A DNA stretch of 64,000 nucleotides, taken from NCBI GenBank assembly GCA_041675205.1, contig JBAYUF010000004.1:29898-93897 (forward strand). Direction: 5' to 3'. The position numbers and the translations under genes were made by a program. Below the pieces are notes generated by a model. The model was not told where the DNA came from. It saw only the letters and a program-made list of their open reading frames with translations, and did not search any database. Below are positions 45,579-55,585 of this stretch, one piece after another (position 1 is the first letter of the stretch; the number at the start of each line of letters is the position of its first letter). This DNA is from Patescibacteria group bacterium (GTDB lineage: Bacteria > Patescibacteriota > Patescibacteriia > GWA2-46-9).

Positions 45579-46123
45579 ACCGTGATGGGCTGATACGTGA
45601 AAAAGACGAGCACTAATACGAGTAACGCTACTTCAACATGACCAAAATACGAAATAAGGTTCACAGAACCGCGACCAGCCAACCAGCCCAGTAGCACCAT
45701 GACCGTTAGCCACAGTATGGCGCCGGCAGTATCAAAAAAAAGAAACGTACTGAACCGAAGTCGCCGGGTAGCGAGATATAGTAATGTCAGAATACGGGTT
45801 CCGTAGAGAAATTTAATAAATAGTAACGCCAAAAATGGTTTGGTGCCGAATCGCTCTTCAATAGTCGCCAGTACCGTTTCGTATTTTTTTTGATAGCGAC
45901 GGAAGACAAAAGTCGTTGCCTGACGACCAAATAAAAACCAAACGCTATCTGAGAATACCGTTCCGAGTAACGCGACCCACCACACCACGACCGGAGACCA
46001 TAACCCCTGTCCCGACAAAAATGCAGCCGTAAGAATAACACTTTCACCAAAGAAAACACTGCCTAAAAAAATGCCAAAAACGTGATGAGCAATGATAAAT
46101 TGGATAACTGCAGGGCTAATCAT
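45548..46123 (-). CDS. DedA/TVP38-like membrane protein
   Basis: Its polytopic topology fits the DedA family. The start is at MISPAVIQF. Confidence 0.6.
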   Translation of the reverse strand: MISPAVIQFIIAHHVFGIFLGSVFFGESVILTAAFLSGQGLWSPVVVWWVALLGTVFSDSVWFLFGRQATTFVFRRYQKKYETVLATIEERFGTKPFLALLFIKFLYGTRILTLLYLATRRLRFSTFLFFDTAGAILWLTVMVLLGWLAGRGSVNLISYFGHVEVALLVLVLVFFTYQPITVWLSNRLLKK

Positions 46124-46266
46124 TGCTTCTAGTATACCTTGAATCGACCGAATGCAGACACTACACAACTTCTAGAACTATTGAGCCTTGTTTTTTCCTT
46201 TGCAGGGTCTACTATTGTGGGTACTACGTACTACTCGGCACGTAGAATTCCAGCAGGAGAAACGCC

Positions 46267-46386
46267 ATGCAAGGAGCACGTCGCGCACGCAGCTGTGAAG
46301 GCAAGGATCCGGACTTCGAAGAGAACCTCGATCCGGAACCGGACACCGCAACCGACACCGAAGTCGAAGAGGACGACGAGGACTAG
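46267..46386 (+). CDS. Small ORF: 39-aa acidic peptide in GC-rich islet
   Basis: GGAG lies 8 nt upstream of the ATG, a terminator follows, and the ORF is below the track cut-off. The call is speculative. Confidence 0.25.
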   Translation: MQGARRARSCEGKDPDFEENLDPEPDTATDTEVEEDDED

Positions 46387-46440
46387 ATCCCGTCTACCCT
46401 ACCACTTCATTCGGCCAGCAAGGCCGACAAGCCAACATAC

Positions 46441-46484
46441 GGCGGGCGGTTACCAACTGGAACCGACCCGCCTCAATTTTTTAT
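46441..46484 (+). terminator. Terminator hairpin with T-run
   Basis: The hairpin ggcgggcggtt...aaccgacccgcc is followed by tcaatttttta. Confidence 0.6.
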
Positions 46485-47018
46485 AGCGTCCAGTTTGTAG
46501 GTCCACCCTGGCTGCCACTGCCATGCCGCCGTCACAGTCTTTCGTAGTGGCACATCGTTTATTACATTTTCGAGACCGTACTGCGTGGCTCGGGAACCAA
46601 TGACAAGTACTGTTTTGCCATTATACTGGCTGAGAACATCGGTCAAAAAACTTTTCATAAGTTCCGTTGTTTGCTGGTAGCTCTGACCACCTGGAAATGG
46701 TTCTTCAATGTAATTCCCTCGACAACGCTCTACTTCACTACTTGCCCGTCTTGTGAAATCACCATAGTCACATTCCCGCAGTCGCTTATCTTTTAGAACA
46801 GGGAATGGGCGACCGGCAAACGCCAACTCGCCCGTTCTGTATGAACGCTGCAAATCAGAACAAAAAACAGCGGCAAATTCTTGATTCCGATATCGCTCAC
46901 CAAGTGCTTTCGCTTGCGACTCACCCACCGTCGACAGTGCAACATCAAAATCCCCCGAGGCTATTCCAGCTTCATTGTCTAAGGACGTTGCGTGTGACTC
47001 AAAAATAAGTGTAACCAT
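46473..47018 (-). CDS. Histidine phosphatase family protein (phosphoglycerate mutase-like)
   Basis: The fold and length fit the family. The canonical RHG is degenerate (ESHATS), so activity is uncertain. Confidence 0.6.
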   Translation of the reverse strand: MVTLIFESHATSLDNEAGIASGDFDVALSTVGESQAKALGERYRNQEFAAVFCSDLQRSYRTGELAFAGRPFPVLKDKRLRECDYGDFTRRASSEVERCRGNYIEEPFPGGQSYQQTTELMKSFLTDVLSQYNGKTVLVIGSRATQYGLENVINDVPLRKTVTAAWQWQPGWTYKLDAIKN

Positions 47019-47073
47019 TCTACGTGTTCAACAGACTTCCGCAACAACGCTTGTTTATATCTGTGAAGTGGCT

Positions 47074-47496
47074 TTATCGTTTCTTATACGCTGCTCGAGC
47101 TGGTCGTTCTTCACCACGAGAGCCTGATCCTAAAACTTTCAAAATCATGTCGAGCTTGCTATTCAACGTTCGAAGCTGTTCGTTTAAGGAAGATTCTTTG
47201 TCAGGGCGAATCTCACCGTCAAATCGACGAGCGGTACTCGCTCCTGTTGAGCCATAGGCAGGAGCATCTGCAACGCCTTCCCGTTTATAGCAAATCGAGC
47301 AAAATACTGGCTTTTTACCATTTGGCTTAAAAGGAACCATGCACTCTTTGCCGCACTTAACGCACGTGGCAGTATGCAGCTCTGTTCGGACATCGTCTCT
47401 ACTCGGCCCACTCTTTTTCCAAGGTTTGTCATTATTGAACTTGCTGCTGGTGCTGCGCTTGTCGCGAGAATTCCTATCGTACGTTTTTTTTATCAT
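47074..47496 (-). CDS. Hypothetical zinc-ribbon protein (CxxC-x17-CxxC), basic
   Basis: A Zn-ribbon segment (CVKCGKECMVPFKPNGKKPVFCSICY) is present. Confidence 0.5.
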   Translation of the reverse strand: MIKKTYDRNSRDKRSTSSKFNNDKPWKKSGPSRDDVRTELHTATCVKCGKECMVPFKPNGKKPVFCSICYKREGVADAPAYGSTGASTARRFDGEIRPDKESSLNEQLRTLNSKLDMILKVLGSGSRGEERPARAAYKKR

Positions 47497-47650
47497 AAAT
47501 GCAGTGTTAGCTAATTGGCTTGAGCCTATGCTAAATAAGGTAAATTGGCAAGGTAAGTAGCTTGCTATTTCAAATGATTACTTATAGAATCTGCGCACTG
47601 TTTACCTACGGCAACGGCCTGGAAACAGAATACGACCGAGAGGTTATACA

Positions 47651-47947
47651 TTGAGCCAGCTTCAAGACGGTTACATTTTTATCAGTGGGCCGGTTGGCTA
47701 TGACGGTGTCGTGGCCCTGGCTAAACCTGGTGCACCTGAAGCCTGGGTGCATCTCCTTGACGGTGTTACGGGTGCTCATGTGCATCGCGTAGAGCACCTA
47801 AGGGAGCTCATCAGTGGCAGACTGGCCACTCGCGACAAGAAAGGGTGGACCAACGCATCCCTACTCTTCGCCGTAGAGCCGAACACCGACGGCAAGACCG
47901 GGGAAATCATCCCCTTCGCCAAGTTCCGGCGGATGCTCGGCGTCTAG
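47651..47947 (+). CDS. Hypothetical protein (GC-rich, SD-preceded)
   Basis: A TTG start has GAGAGG 9 nt upstream, and GC is about 58%. Confidence 0.35.
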   Translation: MSQLQDGYIFISGPVGYDGVVALAKPGAPEAWVHLLDGVTGAHVHRVEHLRELISGRLATRDKKGWTNASLLFAVEPNTDGKTGEIIPFAKFRRMLGV

Positions 47948-47979
47948 CCGAACGAACGCCGGGAGCGACTGCTGGCGGG

Positions 47980-49107
47980 CTATCCAACTTCTAGGCAACG
48001 GCCTTGAACGTTGGGTAGCCCGCCATCGATTTTTTCAACTATTTCGTTTATGAGCTGTGGACCCTCGTAAATCATTCCGGTGATAAGTTGCACAAGGTCC
48101 GCGCCGCTGGCAAAGCGCGCCTGTGCGTCAGCTGAAGAAAATATTCCACCACAACTCACTAGCGCCACCTCACTACCAAACACCTGCCGCATGTGAGCCA
48201 CCAATGCGTGCGACTGCAAAGCGGTTGGCCGACCACTAAAGTTGCCTGGCTGACCAGCCAACGCCGCAATTTCTACTGCGTCGAACGCAGCACTGTGTCT
48301 ATTTTTTACTAAGTTTGAAAAAATAAATCCTCGTATACCGTACTGTAAAGCAATGCGTACAAGCACCTCGGCGTTAGGCACGGTGATTTCACTTGGCATC
48401 TTTACAAATAGTGGCTGCCGAATTCCGAGCGTTGTAACGGCACGTACCAGTGCGATAAAATTCTCAGGCTCTGAGAAAGTTTCAGTGAGTGCCGTGTTAG
48501 GACAACTGACATTAAGTTCAAAAAAACTAACGTATGGTTTCGCCTGAAATAATGAAAAAGTCTCTAAGTAATCATCGATTGCCTTAGGAACAGTATTAAC
48601 AGCGGAAACATTTGAGCTACCAATACTTATGCCAAGTGTCTGTTTTTCTAACTGCTTTTTGTCGAGACGAGCCGCAACAGCAATTGCACCGTCAGATTTG
48701 AAACCTTTGTTTACTAATATAGCTTGCGATTTCGGTAGCCGCACTAATTGTTTTCCTGGATTACCCGAGGATGGCCGAGCGGTTACCGTGCCAACGGTGG
48801 TAAAACCAAAACCAACTGCCGGCAGCACCTTCGCCAGATGACCGTTGTAATCAAAACCGGCCGCTAACCCAACGGGGTTTGCAAAGCTAATACCCAAAAC
48901 AGTTTTGGGCTTCCGCACTGTTCGTCCACAAAAAAATTGAACGATTGCCCGTCGATTCTCCAAATACTCACCTACGGCGACTGCTCCTCGATGTACCCGA
49001 CTAGCGTCAAACTTGAAAAGAACCGGCCGAAGAATGGTGCGATATAGAGCACCAATAAGTTTATGCGGCGCAGTAGTGCGAACGATGGCGTGCGTGAACC
49101 ACTTCAT
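47980..49107 (-). CDS. pyrD: Dihydroorotate dehydrogenase (quinone), class 2
   Basis: GFGFTTVGTVT, NLSCPNT-like (NVSCPNT) and GGIFSSADA are present. Confidence 0.9.
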   Translation of the reverse strand: MKWFTHAIVRTTAPHKLIGALYRTILRPVLFKFDASRVHRGAVAVGEYLENRRAIVQFFCGRTVRKPKTVLGISFANPVGLAAGFDYNGHLAKVLPAVGFGFTTVGTVTARPSSGNPGKQLVRLPKSQAILVNKGFKSDGAIAVAARLDKKQLEKQTLGISIGSSNVSAVNTVPKAIDDYLETFSLFQAKPYVSFFELNVSCPNTALTETFSEPENFIALVRAVTTLGIRQPLFVKMPSEITVPNAEVLVRIALQYGIRGFIFSNLVKNRHSAAFDAVEIAALAGQPGNFSGRPTALQSHALVAHMRQVFGSEVALVSCGGIFSSADAQARFASGADLVQLITGMIYEGPQLINEIVEKIDGGLPNVQGRCLEVG

Positions 49108-49166
49108 AATGTTAGTGGTACCACACTCTTTGCCAGGTCAACAATCCTGGCGGGTGACGAAATAAT

Positions 49167-50633
49167 CTAGAGCAACCCGAGATCTATGGTGTGATCAATG
49201 CGAATCTTGGCCACAAAGTCTGGGATGTGGCTCACCAACACCATCGCACCCTCATAACTATCGAGTGCGTTCGCTATCACCGGCAAATGTCGAAAATTAA
49301 TATGGTTCGTTGGTTCGTCTAGTATGATGAGACCCGGGCGCATGAGCACTAGTCGCGCTAAGGCAAGCAATCCCTTTTGACCTTCAGACATCGAACGAAT
49401 GTCGTTTCCGAGCACCTTACCATCCAACAAAAAACCAGCTGCCATGGAGCGAAGTGCGTGTTCGTCTTGCTTCTCCATAACCTTCGCCAAACTATCAAAG
49501 CCCGTCTCGTCAAAATTCAGCATTGAAAAATCTTGAGCATAGTAGCCAACACGAACGCCAGCCCCTATGGTTACACCTTTCGCTTCCCCGGATGCAATTT
49601 GTCTAAGCAATGTTGTTTTTCCAATGCCATTTGGGCCAGCCAAGAGAAGATGTGAGCGACGGCGGAGTGTTAAATCTATATCTTTCATGATTGGCTCCCC
49701 TGCTTTTACGATGCCCACCTTTTTAATATCAAGAATGGCGCCATTAAAATCGAACGGAAACTCTTGCACGGGAATAGTGAAGTCACGAATTGTTTTATCC
49801 TCACGACGCACTTCAACCATTTCTTCCGCCGCTTCTTCCGCATTTTCACGCATTCGCTTTGCAACCGAGCGAAGCTTACCACCCTTGTGTGCGAATACTT
49901 CTGCCTGCGCCATTTTCTTTTTTATCTGTTGAGCAGCTTGAGCGTTTTGCATTTCCTCGCGCTCAATGCGGCGACTAATCTCTTCAACCACATCTGTGTA
50001 GTTACCGTTGTACTGTTCAATTTTATGCGTATGTACATCCAGGTAGATAACGCCATCAGTAAAGGCGTTTAAGAAATCGGCGTCGTGGGAAATAACGATG
50101 ACTGTTTTCTCGTACATCATTAAGAATCCAGTGAGATGCATGATACCGTCGTGATCCAAGTTGTTCGTTGGTTCATCAAGCAGCAAAACGTCTGGGTCTT
50201 GAATGAGGGCGTAGGCAAGCAAAAGTCTAGCTTGTTGCCCACCCGAATGTTGACGAACTGTTTTTGTAAGGTCTGTCTTCAAGTTCACCGCATCAAGTAC
50301 GTCGGAAATTCGTTTATCCAAGTTGTAAGGTACTTCTTGAAAGGTGGCGGCGAAAAAATCTCGCACAGTAAGGTCCAGCTGTTCTGGGGCAACGACCTGC
50401 TTCGCAATGCCTACTGTGGCATCTTTGGGCGTTAAGTGAATACGGCCGGATTGCAGCTCACGCTCTCCTAAAATGAGCGAAAACAACGAGGTCTTCCCTG
50501 CCCCGTTTTGCCCCATGAGGGCAACCTTCGAGCCACGACGCACAGAAAAACTAGCCTCATCAAGAATGGGCTTGGTTTTGCCGTAATTAAAAATCACTTC
50601 GTCGAAACGAAGGACTACATCATTATTTGCCAT
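49167..50633 (-). CDS. ABC-F family ATPase (two tandem ABC domains, EttA/Uup-like)
   Basis: Two Walker A motifs (GQNGAGKT, GPNGIGKT), two LSGGQ motifs and an inter-domain linker are present. Confidence 0.9.
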   Translation of the reverse strand: MANNDVVLRFDEVIFNYGKTKPILDEASFSVRRGSKVALMGQNGAGKTSLFSLILGERELQSGRIHLTPKDATVGIAKQVVAPEQLDLTVRDFFAATFQEVPYNLDKRISDVLDAVNLKTDLTKTVRQHSGGQQARLLLAYALIQDPDVLLLDEPTNNLDHDGIMHLTGFLMMYEKTVIVISHDADFLNAFTDGVIYLDVHTHKIEQYNGNYTDVVEEISRRIEREEMQNAQAAQQIKKKMAQAEVFAHKGGKLRSVAKRMRENAEEAAEEMVEVRREDKTIRDFTIPVQEFPFDFNGAILDIKKVGIVKAGEPIMKDIDLTLRRRSHLLLAGPNGIGKTTLLRQIASGEAKGVTIGAGVRVGYYAQDFSMLNFDETGFDSLAKVMEKQDEHALRSMAAGFLLDGKVLGNDIRSMSEGQKGLLALARLVLMRPGLIILDEPTNHINFRHLPVIANALDSYEGAMVLVSHIPDFVAKIRIDHTIDLGLL

Positions 50634-50763
50634 GCCCGAACAGACTAAGGAATTTTTTTAGTCTTGGCAATGGCACACAATGAAAATGCGAGGCTTTTTT
50701 GTGTATTTTAACTATGGCTGTATACTTACTAAACGTTTTTAAAAAGATAACCTTACACATCCT

Positions 50764-51915
50764 ATGAGGCACAGGCTCTCGCTCTTCATCAGCACAGCGG
50801 TACTTATCATGACTCCCCTCTCGGCTCACGCGGCAATGCTCAAGGCTGGCGAAGAATATACCTTGCCGAAAAATAGTACGATCGAAGAAGATCTCTACAT
50901 TGGTGCTGGAAACAGCAGCATCAACGGTGATGTTGCGGGTGATTTAGTTGTTGGTGGTGGCAATATCGTCATTACCGGAAATATCAAAGACGACCTCACC
51001 ATTGGTGGTGGTTCAATAAAAGTCCTCGGCTCTGTTGGTGATGACCTTCGTATTGCTGGCGGCGACATAACAATTACTGGCGCTATTGGCGGCGACCTCG
51101 TCATTGCCGGTGGAAATGTTCACATTCTCTCAACGGCAACGATTGCTGGTGATATTTTAGCCGGTGCTGGTGCACTTATAATCGATGGCACAGTTACGGG
51201 GGATGTTTCAGCAGCCGGCGGTGCGCTGCTTCTTAATGGCACTGTTGCTGGAAGCGTCTTCGCTCGAGCTGAAGAAATCAAACTTGGTACGGGCGCAACA
51301 ATCGAAGGCAACCTTGCGTATCACGCACCAAAGGCCGCCTCTGTAGCCACTGGCGCAACCATTAAGGGCGCAACCGACTACACGCAGGTTATGCGGCCAG
51401 CAAAGCACGGCGGGCCAGCATTCGCCAAAGGCATGTTTGCCTTCTTGGGTGTCCTTTGGCTTACCAAAGTGCTCATGCTTCTTCTGGCAGCACTACTCCT
51501 CTTTGCCTTTGTACCTCGAATGCTTACGGCTACTACCAAAACGGCTATGGATAGCTTCGGGTCTGCCGCATTGCGTGGCTCCATTGTTCTGGTAGTAACG
51601 CCATTTGCAATTATTCTGAGCTTGATAACAATTATCGGCATGCTCGTCGGCATACCCGCGGCACTCATTTTCGGAGCACTTCTCATTATCGCAAAGGTGC
51701 TCGCGGGCGTTACGTTTGGCTCCATTATTTTCCGCCAATTCAAAAAGGCGAAGGAGGTAGAAGTAACCTGGCAGAGTATTACGGTCGGCGTCATCTGCTT
51801 GGCGCTCCTTAGTGCCATTCCTTTCGTTGGTTGGATTTTGTGTTTCCTACTGTTTATCGCCTCACTTGGTAGCGTGTCTTCCCACCTCTACCACTTGATT
51901 GCAAAAGAACGCTAA
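50764..51915 (+). CDS. Polymer-forming (bactofilin-like) repeat protein with C-terminal membrane domain
   Basis: A signal peptide is followed by a repeated GDxxGDLxxxGGxIxIxG beta-helix repeat and then four TM helices. Confidence 0.5.
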   Translation: MRHRLSLFISTAVLIMTPLSAHAAMLKAGEEYTLPKNSTIEEDLYIGAGNSSINGDVAGDLVVGGGNIVITGNIKDDLTIGGGSIKVLGSVGDDLRIAGGDITITGAIGGDLVIAGGNVHILSTATIAGDILAGAGALIIDGTVTGDVSAAGGALLLNGTVAGSVFARAEEIKLGTGATIEGNLAYHAPKAASVATGATIKGATDYTQVMRPAKHGGPAFAKGMFAFLGVLWLTKVLMLLLAALLLFAFVPRMLTATTKTAMDSFGSAALRGSIVLVVTPFAIILSLITIIGMLVGIPAALIFGALLIIAKVLAGVTFGSIIFRQFKKAKEVEVTWQSITVGVICLALLSAIPFVGWILCFLLFIASLGSVSSHLYHLIAKER

Positions 51916-51997
51916 GTAGAAATAACCTGTAAATAAACCAGCCCACTACGGGCTGGTTTATTTTTTGACCAAAAAATACTTCGCTACGGTAGCTTAG

Positions 51998-52530
51998 CTA
52001 TAGAATTTCTTTTTCCAATATTTTCTCTATTTCTGCTTCACTAATCGGTCTTAGCAATTTTTTTAATTCTGGGTCTTCGGACAAATCAACATCATGTTTC
52101 TTTAACAGCAGGACGGTCATTTTCATCAACTTCGTTATTTCTTTTTCGGCAATGAGGTTTATTTGTAAATGAACTTCTTCTCTAAGGTCGTCAACTTTCA
52201 TATTTCTGTTCTGTGATATCAGCACAAAATAGCAAGTACAATTGCTTCCAAAGAAACTATAGTGGTCAATAAGCTGAATGGAAATGGATCAAACACTGGA
52301 ATCCACGCAATGCGATTTGTATTGATGAGTACCCAGGCAATAAATAGGCCGGAATTAACAAGAAGAAAACTCATACTGCCAAAGTGCGAGGTCATCCAAT
52401 CGGCAATCTTGTCTGACAGTATTCTCTTGGCGTCAGCTTTCGCCTTAATGCTCCGGAGTATCATCTTTCTTTTTGGCGTTTCATTTTCACCAAACAACCC
52501 ATACAGAAACGACAAGTGATTTTTTGACAT
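51998..52530 (-). pseudogene. DUF1003 family paralog split by a frameshift at a T4 tract (52219-52225)
   Basis: Two ORFs (52219-52530 and 51998-52225) overlap by 7 nt, and together they are collinear with the intact paralog at 39500-39931. Adding one T at gctaTTTTgtg fuses them (...AIVLAIF-VLISQNRN...). Confidence 0.5.
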
Positions 52531-52603
52531 AGAAATATTGAACTAGTTTATATTGTTTCGACAATCAGTTGAAACCAAACCACAATCGTTCAACTCATAA
52601 TGC

Positions 52604-53911
52604 TTATTGCGCTTCATTTTTATGCTTCACAATTACTTTTTTTATAGTACGCAAAGTAATCTCCTGAACAGTAAAAACCATATCCTCGTGCAGAACTTCG
52701 TCCCCCGCTTTGGGAAAACGCTCTAGCCTATCCAAAATGAAACCAGAAACGGTATTAAAATCTTTATCTTCAGGCAATGCAGAATGGAAATGCTTATTAA
52801 AATCAACCACTGATACATCACCCGCAACCTTATGCGTATCGCCAACCTGCTCAATGGCTTGACTTACTTCATCGGTTTCGTCGGTAATGTCCCCCACTAT
52901 TTCTTCTAATATATCTTCCAGGGTAACAAGCCCCTCCACTTCACCACGTTCATTCGTTACTAATGCCACTTGCACCTTTTTTCTTTGCAGCCGTTGTAGT
53001 ACTTCGCTAATTTTCATAGCCGTAGGCACAAAGTAAGGCGGCAACAAATAATCATGGATATCAAAATTCTTATCCACGTTATCAAACTTCCCCAATAATT
53101 TTTTTGTGTACAAAACACCAACAATAGTATTGAGGTTGCCTTGGTATATAGGTATGCGGGAGTACCCAGATTCAATCGCTTTATGGACCACGCTTCGCGC
53201 TGGCTCATTAATATCAAAGGCAACCATCTGCGTCCGAGGTACCATTATTTTCTCTACGGTTAAATTAGAGAAATCAAAAATATTTTCTAGAAGACCGTGT
53301 TCGTGCGCCTTAATAGTGCCCGCATTACGACCTTCTATTAGAACTGCCCTAATTTCTTCCTTGGAAAGTCGCGACTCTAAAAAGCTGGTTGAATCTTTAA
53401 AAAATTTCAAAATGAAATTTGCAGAACTGCTGAGTAACTTTATGGGCCAAAAAGAAATTTTTGATTCCCACCAAATTGGATAGGCCGCCAGCAAGCTAAA
53501 TTTCTCGGCGTACCGTAACCCAAGTGACTTTGGCACAAGCTCACCCAAGACCACACTAACGTAGGACAATACCGCCACAACAACTACGAAACTGATGGCA
53601 TAAGCATTATTCGAAATGAATAAATAACTTACATTTTCTAGTACGCCTGAAAATCGTTCTGCAATACTAGCGCCGGCAAAGGCGGAAGCAAAAATGGTGA
53701 TAACAGAAATACCAACCTGAATCGTGGCAAACAAGCTTTCGGGATTCTTATGAAGCTCTTGGACAATTTTCGCTCGTTGATTCCCCTGCTTCGCTAAACT
53801 AGCAATGCGTGTTTTTCGAACAGAAATGAGCGCAATTTCGCTCATCGAGAAAAAACCGTTCAGTAACGTCAGTAAAAAAACTATTGAAATTTCCCAAAAG
53901 ATTTTATCCAT
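52604..53911 (-). CDS. CNNM/HlyC-CorC family transporter (DUF21-CBS-CorC)
   Basis: An N-terminal 4-TM DUF21, a CBS pair and a C-terminal CorC_HlyC domain are present. Confidence 0.85.
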   Translation of the reverse strand: MDKIFWEISIVFLLTLLNGFFSMSEIALISVRKTRIASLAKQGNQRAKIVQELHKNPESLFATIQVGISVITIFASAFAGASIAERFSGVLENVSYLFISNNAYAISFVVVVAVLSYVSVVLGELVPKSLGLRYAEKFSLLAAYPIWWESKISFWPIKLLSSSANFILKFFKDSTSFLESRLSKEEIRAVLIEGRNAGTIKAHEHGLLENIFDFSNLTVEKIMVPRTQMVAFDINEPARSVVHKAIESGYSRIPIYQGNLNTIVGVLYTKKLLGKFDNVDKNFDIHDYLLPPYFVPTAMKISEVLQRLQRKKVQVALVTNERGEVEGLVTLEDILEEIVGDITDETDEVSQAIEQVGDTHKVAGDVSVVDFNKHFHSALPEDKDFNTVSGFILDRLERFPKAGDEVLHEDMVFTVQEITLRTIKKVIVKHKNEAQ

Positions 53912-54061
53912 ATGTGCTGCAACATCCTTTACTATAGCCCGTTTTGAGGAAAATTGAACGTCACGGATATACTGTTTGAATCTTGCTGAAACGGGGGCGG
54001 GGCGAGTCTCATTCAGTGTTACTGAACAAAACCCGCCCCGTCAAGAAACCCGATGTACCCG

Positions 54062-55048
54062 TCAGTAGACGAGCGTCCCGCCGATGACCGGATAGCTATC
54101 CGACACCGTACTCATCACCTCCGACCCTCCGGGTGGTACGTACGACCAAGAGAGCCCGCCCGTAGCGCCTTGCGTACCATCGATTGTCACGCCGAAGGTA
54201 CTCATGGCAGTCGCACCGCTGGTGTCGACTTTGACACCCAAAGAAACGGTGTTGCCAGCAGTAACAGTGAAGGGCGGGTCAAACGTTACCAGACTGGTTG
54301 ATCCACCCATGGTGCCGCTCCAGTTATCACCCGTGCCGATGGAACTGGCGCCGACGTAGATCACCGGCGAGGCATTTACCGGCACTTGCGCGCCGACATT
54401 GCCAGTCCGCGTCAGTGTCAAAGAATGCAAGGTGAGATTTCGACCACCTTGCGCCTTCACATTGAAGATGGCGACCGTCTGTCCAACGGCTGGTGTAGAG
54501 GCACCGACTGGGCTCGCCGCCGAAAGGGTGATGATGGGCACCACCGATTCGGCGAGTGTCGTTGTTGTCGTCGTCGTGGTGGTAGTCGTTGTTGTCGTTG
54601 TGGTGACACTGCTGCACTGCGCGGTGCAGCTAGTAACCTCCGCAATCAATACTTCGACATCATCGCAGACGAGTGTGCCGCACCCCACCTCGCCTTGAGG
54701 GCCAGGTGCGCCTTGGAGTCCCTGGGATCCAACGACACCAGGCAGACCCTGCGGACCCTGAATGCCGCAGTAGCGAATGACGGCGTTCACAGACGAAACG
54801 CCGTCGCTCACATCGACAACGCAGTCCGCCGGCATGAAGGTCGCGGTCGCGGTGAAAATGCCATGGCCGCCCGCTTCCCCCGAAGGGATGCCGTCGAGCA
54901 TGACCGGGAAACCAGGCGTGGCACCACTGCCCTTGATGATGAGCTGACCACCTTTGATGGCAGCTTGCTTCACCACGATGCCGTCAGCCGCTTGTGCCGA
55001 AAAGGCCAGCGCGCACGAAAAGAACAGAGCTATGAACGGATTCCGCAT
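54062..55048 (-). CDS. Secreted collagen-like (Gly-X-Y) and poly-Thr repeat protein
   Basis: A signal peptide, a GIQGPQGLPGVVGSQGLQGAPGPQGEVG run and a T16 tract (imperfect triplet repeat at about 54555-54607) are present. GC is about 60% and the SD AAGGAGGAA precedes the start. Confidence 0.6.
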   Translation of the reverse strand: MRNPFIALFFSCALAFSAQAADGIVVKQAAIKGGQLIIKGSGATPGFPVMLDGIPSGEAGGHGIFTATATFMPADCVVDVSDGVSSVNAVIRYCGIQGPQGLPGVVGSQGLQGAPGPQGEVGCGTLVCDDVEVLIAEVTSCTAQCSSVTTTTTTTTTTTTTTTTLAESVVPIITLSAASPVGASTPAVGQTVAIFNVKAQGGRNLTLHSLTLTRTGNVGAQVPVNASPVIYVGASSIGTGDNWSGTMGGSTSLVTFDPPFTVTAGNTVSLGVKVDTSGATAMSTFGVTIDGTQGATGGLSWSYVPPGGSEVMSTVSDSYPVIGGTLVY

Positions 55049-55146
55049 GGGAATTCCTCCTTTGTTTTTGTTCGACAGGAAATTACCGACAACTATTCTT
55101 AGAGTAAAATGGTGACTTTGTCAACGTATTTAATGAATTTTAAACA

Positions 55147-55187
55147 AATAAAAAATCACCCCGACGTCAAGTCGGGGTGATTTTTTA
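55147..55187. terminator. Bidirectional terminator downstream of csp
   Basis: An A-run, the hairpin atcaccccgac-gtcaa-gtcggggtgat and a T-run. Confidence 0.8.
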
Positions 55188-55199
55188 ACCTAGTAAAAG

Positions 55200-55400
55200 T
55201 TAGGCTCGGCGAACGTTCTTTGCACGAGGGCCCTTGTCGGACTCTTCGGTCTCAAACGTAACGTCCATGCCAATTTGGAGGTCTTCGAAAGTGCCTTCTA
55301 CCAAAGCGGACTTGTGGAAGAAAACATCTTTGTCGGAACCTTCTGGCGTAATGAAACCAAAACCCTTTTCAGTGTTTAAGCTCTTAATTTTTCCATTCAT
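55200..55400 (-). CDS. Cold-shock protein (CspA family)
   Basis: MNGKIKSLNTEKGFGFITPEGSDKDVFFH matches the CspA family. Confidence 0.9.
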   Translation of the reverse strand: MNGKIKSLNTEKGFGFITPEGSDKDVFFHKSALVEGTFEDLQIGMDVTFETEESDKGPRAKNVRRA

Positions 55401-55585
55401 AGAAAACAAAATTAAATTGAACAATATACAAATTTAAAATTCCCCTGGAAATTCGACGGATATCCATATGGAACCCAATTTGTAAGACAATGATAGTTCA
55501 AATTACACATATTGTCCACCATGGCTCCGTGGCAAAGCGTACGAGTCCATGGCGTTGTAGTATACTTGTGAAAGCACCAATACGT

